A stretch of DNA of 64,000 nt, taken from a virus. Positions 57,457 to 64,000 of this stretch are shown piece by piece. The position numbers were made by a program, and so were the translations under genes. The notes under the pieces are model-generated. The model saw only the letters and a program-made list of their open reading frames with translations, had not been told where the DNA came from and made no database searches. The stretch covers positions 9,589 through 73,588 of IMG/VR virus record IMGVR_UViG_3300036780_000012. One strand, written 5' to 3'. How positions within the stretch are numbered: position 1 is the first letter of the stretch; each line of letters begins with the position of its first letter.

Positions 57457-59639
57457 TGCTTGAAACTCAGTCCTACAATGGCATCCGAAGTTCCAGAACC
57501 ACTTGCCTCGATGAATTGTGGCTGAAACGTTCCGGTAGCTCCCGTTGCTAAGAACATCAACACATCTCCAAAGGTATCGCCGGTCAACTGACTCCATGGT
57601 TGCACTGGGTAACCGTCGAATCCGCCCGTTCCCGCTTGGTCACACCATCCAGAACAGATTCCCGCCGCGATAATAATTTCATTCGCGGAAGTGGTTGTTA
57701 GATTGGGACCACTATTCAATCCTCCCGTGGAGGCTGTATAGGCTGCGATCCCGCCGTTCTGATCGAGAGGCGCGCTGGTATTGACGTTCGCAATTTCCGC
57801 GATCAAGATGGAGCGTTGCGTGTTGCTCGTGCCAAACGTTGCCGTGATGGTGACGGTACTCGCGGAAATATTCTTCGCATAGAACGACGCAATGCGGAAT
57901 CCGGCGGCGTTAGTCGCGGCAGTCCCAGTCGTATAGGTATTCGTGCCGTCAGCAACTCCGATGGTTCCTGTAGTGATTCCGTATGCATTGGTGATAACCG
58001 CCAGCGTGTCTCCGGCGTACTTTGGCACGAAGCTAGTCACTACTACCGTCGTACCCGAAGCCGTTGCGTGGTTCACCGCCGACTGCACAACCATGGGATA
58101 AAGCGTTGCGCTTGGCGCCTGGAACGCCGCCAGCATTGTAGACACCGAGAGCGGGGCATCTGCCGCTGTATCCAGCAGGTTCCACGTCAGATTGTGCGGC
58201 GTGTTGGCGCTGAAGTACCAGTGCGAGCAGCCATTGTTCTGGTCAGGAAGGCTCGGGCCGTTGATGCTTTGTCCGCCGACGGTTGAGCAGTCCTGGCCGC
58301 CGACCGTTGATCCCAATGAAGTGTTGTCATAAAAACTACCTGAGGCCAGCACGATTCCGGCACTCGCGGAGGGAGCAAAGCCTGTGAACGGAGTAAACGT
58401 CGCGCCTGTTCCTGAAAAATAACCAACCACTCCGGTCGACGCACATTGCTGCGTTGTGGCTGCTCCTGCAATGTCATAAAAAACTGCTGGCCCAGTGTCT
58501 CCGGTTCCGCTGTGGGTCAAGGTGACGGCAAGATTCCCGCCTGTCGCGTTGGCAAAGAAATACGTGCCCGATGTGTTGCTGGTCGCTGCCGCGCCACCGT
58601 TGAATAACACTGGGCTGGTGAGGCACGGTGACCACGATCCGTTCGTAGTATCGCTGGCTGCGCTGATCGCTTGTGTCCCGCCTGAAGTCTGGACCACTAC
58701 GAGGTCGCCCGTTGCGACTGGCACTTGGTAGTTCAAATCGCTCGACCCGGATGCGGAAGAAACCCGATAAATATGTGAGACGTACATTCCGCTGGGAACT
58801 GTGCCAATCGCGCCAGCTTTCAAGGCCACGCCGAGCGCAACAAAATTGTTCGATGCTCCGGTCAGTTGCGGATTTAACGCTCCCGCACTGGTCTGAATCC
58901 CATGCTGAATTGCGCAAGCGGTTCCTTGGTCGGAGAGATCGGCAACCCACGAACCCGCGATTCCAGTCTGGGTGCCGATGGTGTATTGTCCTACGCCTGT
59001 TAACGTGCTGGTCCCGCAAGCCAGCTCAAACCACATATCCCCATTCGCCGTCGAGGTTGCCGAGCCGGACGTGAAGGTTGTCGCGGAGGTGCCACTGTTG
59101 GTCGCGTAGGCATCGAGAGCAGTAATGTTGTTCAGCTCAATCGCCGCTACAGCGGCGTTCTTCACCGCTGCCGTCCAGGTTAGAGTGATTGCCTTCGCGC
59201 CTGTGGTGGGGCTTAGGGCGAGGTAGCCGCCTACGTAGAAATCGTTGGTGGAATTGTTGCCTTCAGTACCAAGATGGGTGTAGCTATCAGACTTGTCGTC
59301 CGCAATCGTCGGAACGTTCGCGGTGTTGCCCGAAGCCGCCGTGTACTTGTAGAGCACCAGAATCTGATTCCCTGCGAGCAACGGATCGGCAAGCTGCGCG
59401 CAGTAGGAAAGTGTGGGACACTTCAGTGCTCCAGCATAGGTTTGCGTGCCCAAAGCATTCGTATCCGAGCCTGCCGCGTATCGCGCTGGCATCCCGCTGA
59501 AATTCACGAGACTGGGAAGGGTGCCGCCGCTTGCTGGGGCGCCGCCGAGTCCAGCCTTACCGCCGAGTCCAGCCTTACCGCCGAGTCCTTGGCCGAATCC
59601 GAGCGAGGAAAGCAAGAGAACCAAGAATAGTGTTTTCAT
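57453..59639 (-). CDS. exported multi-domain beta-sandwich protein
   Basis: Signal peptide MKTLFLVLLLSSLGFG-Q; (GLGGKA)n; three related repeats with AGN/GD.LVV...D...N.Y/W pattern. Confidence 0.8.
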   Translation of the reverse strand: MKTLFLVLLLSSLGFGQGLGGKAGLGGKAGLGGAPASGGTLPSLVNFSGMPARYAAGSDTNALGTQTYAGALKCPTLSYCAQLADPLLAGNQILVLYKYTAASGNTANVPTIADDKSDSYTHLGTEGNNSTNDFYVGGYLALSPTTGAKAITLTWTAAVKNAAVAAIELNNITALDAYATNSGTSATTFTSGSATSTANGDMWFELACGTSTLTGVGQYTIGTQTGIAGSWVADLSDQGTACAIQHGIQTSAGALNPQLTGASNNFVALGVALKAGAIGTVPSGMYVSHIYRVSSASGSSDLNYQVPVATGDLVVVQTSGGTQAISAASDTTNGSWSPCLTSPVLFNGGAAATSNTSGTYFFANATGGNLAVTLTHSGTGDTGPAVFYDIAGAATTQQCASTGVVGYFSGTGATFTPFTGFAPSASAGIVLASGSFYDNTSLGSTVGGQDCSTVGGQSINGPSLPDQNNGCSHWYFSANTPHNLTWNLLDTAADAPLSVSTMLAAFQAPSATLYPMVVQSAVNHATASGTTVVVTSFVPKYAGDTLAVITNAYGITTGTIGVADGTNTYTTGTAATNAAGFRIASFYAKNISASTVTITATFGTSNTQRSILIAEIANVNTSAPLDQNGGIAAYTASTGGLNSGPNLTTTSANEIIIAAGICSGWCDQAGTGGFDGYPVQPWSQLTGDTFGDVLMFLATGATGTFQPQFIEASGSGTSDAIVGLSFKQ
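59542..59588. repeat. 18-bp tandem repeat x2.6 encoding GLGGKA
   Basis: CCGCCGAGTCCAGCCTTA repeated. Confidence 0.9.
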
Positions 59640-62600
59640 TGCATCACGCAAAAACTTCCCGCTTCTACCGTGAGAGTATCTGCGGAAACGGTTAAGCCAG
59701 TGATTGCTAAGGTTCCCGCTGTCGTGCCGTTCGTGAAGCCGATTTCCATGTCAAATGCCATGTCGGTTGCTGCGGTGCTCACTGCGGTTTCACCGATGCC
59801 GGTCGGGTAACTTGCGCCCGACCCGTTATATTCGAGTCTGGTCGGGGCTGCGGAACTGAGAGTGTTCGTCTTGACGAAGTTGTAAGTGACAAGAGTGGGC
59901 GTGGTTGGTCCCGTCATACCGAAACCAAAATATCCGCCAGTTGCCGACTTCCATAAACCATGGCAGCGGAGCACATAGCTTGTGCTGGCATCGACCGCGA
60001 ACGACATGATCGTGGTCGCGCTGGTAGTCGCGTTCGTGTATGCGGAAGTCAACATGGTTTTCTGCGAAGCCTGCACGAAAGATTCCGTCGTACTAGCACC
60101 AGAGGTGTAACTCTTCATCATGTTGTTATTCGCGGGACCGGCTCCAGCCTTCGTTACCAAATAGGAAGTCACCGAAGTTGGAGCTTGCTCGCAGATCGAA
60201 GTCGCCGTATTGCAGGGTGCGACTGCTGAACTCGTGGTGCCTTGGGGATAGTCAACGAAGCCTGCCGTTGTGCCGTTGGCGACAAACACTGGGGCAACGT
60301 ATCCGCCTGTATCGGTCGAGGTTGCCGTTGTGCCGTTGTCGGTAATACTGGAACTCCCGGCAATCGTATTACCCCCGGAGACGACGTACTTAGGAATGAC
60401 ATTCGTGGTCGGTGCCGCAGCAATGTTTAAGAAGATGGAATCGGCTCCATTCACATAACCGTGATAGTTATTGTTGGTGCTGTCAAAATCCACTACTCCG
60501 GCTGCTGTTGCTGTCTCGCCTGCTTTCACTGGAACTTTGAAGGCCGCTGTCCCTGTGGCCGGGCTGAGATCGAAGATAGTAGTTGAGATTCCGCTGAACG
60601 TGTGTGTCGCATAAGTCAGATCAGCCGCGCCGGTGAGAGCCGCCGCATTGCCGCCAGAAATCGCTACTTGTCCTGCTGTAGCAGCTTCTACTACTACCGC
60701 GCCCGTCAAAGTATTGACCGAGGCCACGCCGCCGCTCGGCGCATTTCCAATCGTGCTCAATTGCCAATGGGTTCCATCAAAACAGGCGGGTTGCGGGTGA
60801 TTTGCTGGAACGTCGCCCGAAGCTAAAGCTGTTCCCATCCACTTTTGTACCGCATCGGCTGCGCTGGAATTTACGTTTAAGGTGAGCGCGCCCGTGTTGG
60901 CTGTCGTAGTTGTATAGAGAACGCAATCGCCTGAGGCGGGAACGAAGGTCGGAGAGGTTGTGCAGGATTGGGCAGTACCGGACGCCGAGGTATCGGCACA
61001 AGCCAAGGGAACGGCTACGTTGTGTGCGGTTGCAGTCGATACTGCGCCAGTCGTAGTCGTATTGACTTCTAGTCCAGTAGCTAGAGTCGCATAGTTCCGA
61101 GGGCTGGTGCCTAAAGTAAGAGTAGCCGTATTCGCTACTCCGGTGCCGCCTTGTGACGCTGTAGCTAGTGCTTCCGAACCCAATGCTCCACCAGAAGTAG
61201 TGGTAACTAATCCAGCGGTAGTCAGCGGGGTAGTGACAGTGCCAGTAAACGTCGGCGATGCCAGCGGCGCGCATCCCGTGCAGGCAGACAAAATCTGTGA
61301 TGCCGTAGCGTTAGTCAATGCCCCAGTCGTTGTCGTGTTGTAAACAATTCCGCTTCCAAGCGTTGCCAGATTCACATTGGAAGTACCAAGGGTAAAATTA
61401 GCGGTATTTGCGACTCCTGAACCACCCTGTCCCGCTGTCAATGGAGTAGTTAGACCAGTAAGCGAGGTGATATTAGCGTTCGCGCCGGAGGAGGCGGCCC
61501 CGATTGTGTTGTAACTGATCGTCACTGCTGCCGATCCATTGAATGACGCACCTGAAGATGCACCCGACCCGGAGTTATTTATCGTCAGGGCGTCAGTTGT
61601 AGTACCTCCAGCAGCGATCCATGTACAAGAGGAGAAGTTACTGCTGGGTGTCGGGCAACTCAGAACTGGCGTAGCCGTTGCTGGTGCGGCGGTAGGCAGT
61701 TGCAGGAAGTAAGATGTGGCCGACGTTGAGTTAAATCCAACAAATCCACTAAGTCCCGTAGTAGTTAGCCCGGACGGTAAAGTGGTATTACCTACCAAGG
61801 TCAACGCTGCTGCGTGCGTGCCGTCGCTAGCGGCGGAGATTGGACCTGCGGAAGCCGTTATTCCTCCCGTTCCGGTATAAGTTAGTAAGTTAGACACATC
61901 AGTCAGTTTAGTATTGCAGTTAGCAGCGCCAGAAACCGCTATGCCAGTAGCAAATTCCCCGCCTGAGCATTGCGACGGTCCAGAAGCTAATGCGGTAGCA
62001 GTACCAGCGTTGCCGGAGGTATTGAGAGCCAGCGTGTTGCTGAATACTGGAGTTCCCGAAAACGTAGGCGAGCCCGACAGGGTTCCCGACAGAGCGGCCC
62101 CATTGATTGTGGGCGTAGTCAGCGTTTTATTGGTAAGCGTCTGGGTGCCGGTAAGAGTTACCGCAACTACTCCATTTACATATAATCCGGAGGCATTAAC
62201 TGTACCTGCTCCCTCTGATCCTCCCGCTGGGCTTCCTGCCGTCATACCACCAGCAATAGATAGGTTACCCGTCGCTCCGATAGAGACTTCTTTCGTTCCC
62301 GGAGTATAGACGCCAGCGCTGGCCGATCCACCGGAATAGAAGTCAGCCAAGTCGCTAGTTCCTGAAACGTCGAATACTACAAGACCGATTCCACCCGTAG
62401 AAGTACCTGCCGCCCCGATTAAGGCTCCAAGCGACGTATTGCTGTTAGTAGAGTTGGTATTCTGAAATACATATGGTGCCGTGAGATTTCCCGTCTCAAC
62501 GCCTGCCCTAGTTACTACATCCCCAGCAGCCGCTTCTGTGATCGTTGTCACCGCAGCCGATCCGGTAAGTTTGCTTTCCGCCATACTAGTGATGTCTGCA

Positions 62601-64000
62601 TTAACGATAGCGCTACTAGTCACATTCTGCGTAGAGCCAGCAAAGTGAGCAATTCCAGCGCCAGGAGATGTAGAGGTTACACATATCGTACAGGCAATAG
62701 TGCCCGTAGTCGAGAATGGGCCACCGGTAATAGGAGCCGTAGTATCCACAAAAGTTACAGTACCGCCAGCCGAAGTAGAGCTGAGAGTCCCGCCCGACAG
62801 AGACAGACCACTACCGATAGCCACATCACTTCCAATTCCAGAATTGTTATAACCAATCAGAGTATTAGCGGTGCCTGTAGCTAATCCAGTCAAGGGAAGT
62901 ACGGTGCCGTTAGTTAAATTGATAGACGCTGGGGTGCCGTAGGCATTGGAGCCAGTCAGTGTAAGATTACCACTGAGCGTTGCGCCTCCAGTAAACGTAC
63001 CGGACAATGCCCCTCCGTTGATCGTTGGAGAGGTAAGTGTTTTACTGGATAGTGTCTGAGTATCGGTTGTACCTACTACTGTCCCAGCAGGGGCTGCTAC
63101 GCTTGAAATTGCACCCGTAGAGGTAGTAACTGTCACTAAGCCAGTAGATAGCGCTCCCGGCAGCAATAATCCACTACCTGCCGCCGCATGTAGATCTAAT
63201 ACGGACGATGAGTCGCCGGTAAGCGTATGGGTGGCAAAAGTGAAGTCCGCCCCCATGTCACTGACCGCAGTAGTACTAGAAGCGTAATAGGCTAAATGAC
63301 CGAGAGAACCGGAGTTCACCGTGCCCGAACCAGTTGGCGTAGCCCACTGCTGGACGCCGCCTACCGTTCCCCAGAATGTTCCATTGCCACCAGTAGTAGA
63401 TAAAGCGGTAGCGGTAGCGGCATTCCCAGTCGTAGATTGGTTGAGGTTAGGAAAATCAGCAGCGACGGCAATGCTAGGAATTCCAGTAGACGTGGTATTT
63501 TTTAATATTCCAGTAGCCAACCCCGATAACAGGGTTCCATTAATACCCTTGACTGTTAGGGCCAGATTTCCCGCCGTGTTAATAGCGTCTCCGGTATGTG
63601 CTGGCTCAGCGGCGGTCGGTAACGTACTCGGGAGACTGAAAGTGCCATTAGTATCGTAGAGTATCCCGGTTGATGCCGCGAACGTTGGAAGCGATGTTCC
63701 ACGAAGCGCCACTACAGTAGCGGCATTCGACCCGGATGTAGTTACATCCTGACTCAACTCCGAAGCCGCACCATTGCTACGAAGTAATCCTGTCCCGGTA
63801 AACAGGGCAGTGACGTCACCAAGTGCAGCCGTACTAAGTAACCCTGTAGTAGTTGTTACCTTGGCTAAACCCGTAGTAAGACTGCCGGTGGTCTGAGTGG
63901 ATAGTGGACCTAGTCCATTCGATCCCGGAGCGAATGTTCCTAAGAAATTGTTGGGTATCGCATTGGTAGAACTGTAGGAAGAATGATACGGCGACCACCG
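59636..64000 (-). CDS. giant Gly/Ser/Thr-rich fibre-like protein (5' end beyond window, >1450 aa)
   Basis: Frame is open from 63757 to the window edge; repeats L.TG...TT.TG..S, QTL..KTLT.PTING, GG(S/T)GVANTA; C-terminal C1q/BclA-like beta-sandwich. Confidence 0.8.
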   Translation of the reverse strand, partial: RWSPYHSSYSSTNAIPNNFLGTFAPGSNGLGPLSTQTTGSLTTGLAKVTTTTGLLSTAALGDVTALFTGTGLLRSNGAASELSQDVTTSGSNAATVVALRGTSLPTFAASTGILYDTNGTFSLPSTLPTAAEPAHTGDAINTAGNLALTVKGINGTLLSGLATGILKNTTSTGIPSIAVAADFPNLNQSTTGNAATATALSTTGGNGTFWGTVGGVQQWATPTGSGTVNSGSLGHLAYYASSTTAVSDMGADFTFATHTLTGDSSSVLDLHAAAGSGLLLPGALSTGLVTVTTSTGAISSVAAPAGTVVGTTDTQTLSSKTLTSPTINGGALSGTFTGGATLSGNLTLTGSNAYGTPASINLTNGTVLPLTGLATGTANTLIGYNNSGIGSDVAIGSGLSLSGGTLSSTSAGGTVTFVDTTAPITGGPFSTTGTIACTICVTSTSPGAGIAHFAGSTQNVTSSAIVNADITSMAESKLTGSAAVTTITEAAAGDVVTRAGVETGNLTAPYVFQNTNSTNSNTSLGALIGAAGTSTGGIGLVVFDVSGTSDLADFYSGGSASAGVYTPGTKEVSIGATGNLSIAGGMTAGSPAGGSEGAGTVNASGLYVNGVVAVTLTGTQTLTNKTLTTPTINGAALSGTLSGSPTFSGTPVFSNTLALNTSGNAGTATALASGPSQCSGGEFATGIAVSGAANCNTKLTDVSNLLTYTGTGGITASAGPISAASDGTHAAALTLVGNTTLPSGLTTTGLSGFVGFNSTSATSYFLQLPTAAPATATPVLSCPTPSSNFSSCTWIAAGGTTTDALTINNSGSGASSGASFNGSAAVTISYNTIGAASSGANANITSLTGLTTPLTAGQGGSGVANTANFTLGTSNVNLATLGSGIVYNTTTTGALTNATASQILSACTGCAPLASPTFTGTVTTPLTTAGLVTTTSGGALGSEALATASQGGTGVANTATLTLGTSPRNYATLATGLEVNTTTTGAVSTATAHNVAVPLACADTSASGTAQSCTTSPTFVPASGDCVLYTTTTANTGALTLNVNSSAADAVQKWMGTALASGDVPANHPQPACFDGTHWQLSTIGNAPSGGVASVNTLTGAVVVEAATAGQVAISGGNAAALTGAADLTYATHTFSGISTTIFDLSPATGTAAFKVPVKAGETATAAGVVDFDSTNNNYHGYVNGADSIFLNIAAAPTTNVIPKYVVSGGNTIAGSSSITDNGTTATSTDTGGYVAPVFVANGTTAGFVDYPQGTTSSAVAPCNTATSICEQAPTSVTSYLVTKAGAGPANNNMMKSYTSGASTTESFVQASQKTMLTSAYTNATTSATTIMSFAVDASTSYVLRCHGLWKSATGGYFGFGMTGPTTPTLVTYNFVKTNTLSSAAPTRLEYNGSGASYPTGIGETAVSTAATDMAFDMEIGFTNGTTAGTLAITGLTVSADTLTVEAGSFCVMQ

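Noticed and set aside
1-64000. Stop-codon reassignment or diversity-generating retroelement
   Set aside because: Core genes are intact in code 11 using all three stops; no reverse transcriptase or TR/VR pair seen

Overview
This window is almost entirely a tailed dsDNA phage (Caudoviricetes, contractile-tail myovirus type), probably most of a circularly permuted genome: the minus-strand baseplate operon runs off the left edge and a giant fibre-like gene runs in from the right edge. Minus strand 1-24 kb holds terminase, an HNH, DUF1073-type portal, DUF2213-type protease/scaffold, DUF2184-type major capsid, neck, sheath/tube, a frameshifting tail chaperone, a short SLT-bearing tape measure and baseplate genes. 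Two glycosyltransferases, a methyltransferase and a papain-like protease are inserted among the head-neck genes. Minus strand 24-43 kb holds small membrane proteins, a DNA-modification cluster (helicase-MTase fusion, second MTase, PAPS-reductase-like, PLP enzyme), a primase-helicase, a RecT-like annealase and a PD-(D/E)XK nuclease. A divergent sigma70 promoter pair at about 43.45 kb drives a plus-strand accessory arm (Arc/RHH regulator, RusA, RodZ-like protein, many small ORFs with junction repeats). Minus strand 53-64 kb holds lysis genes and large Cys-paired Gly/Ser/Thr-rich proteins, two with clear Sec signal peptides. No integrase, CI-like repressor, DNA polymerase, tRNA or CRISPR was seen. 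The strongest unexplained signal is a 16-bp palindrome (AGTCCAA-WW-TTRGACW) found 11 times, mostly inside coding sequences in different reading frames, with a candidate HTH binder that carries one copy. All family names come from motif recognition by eye, not database searches.
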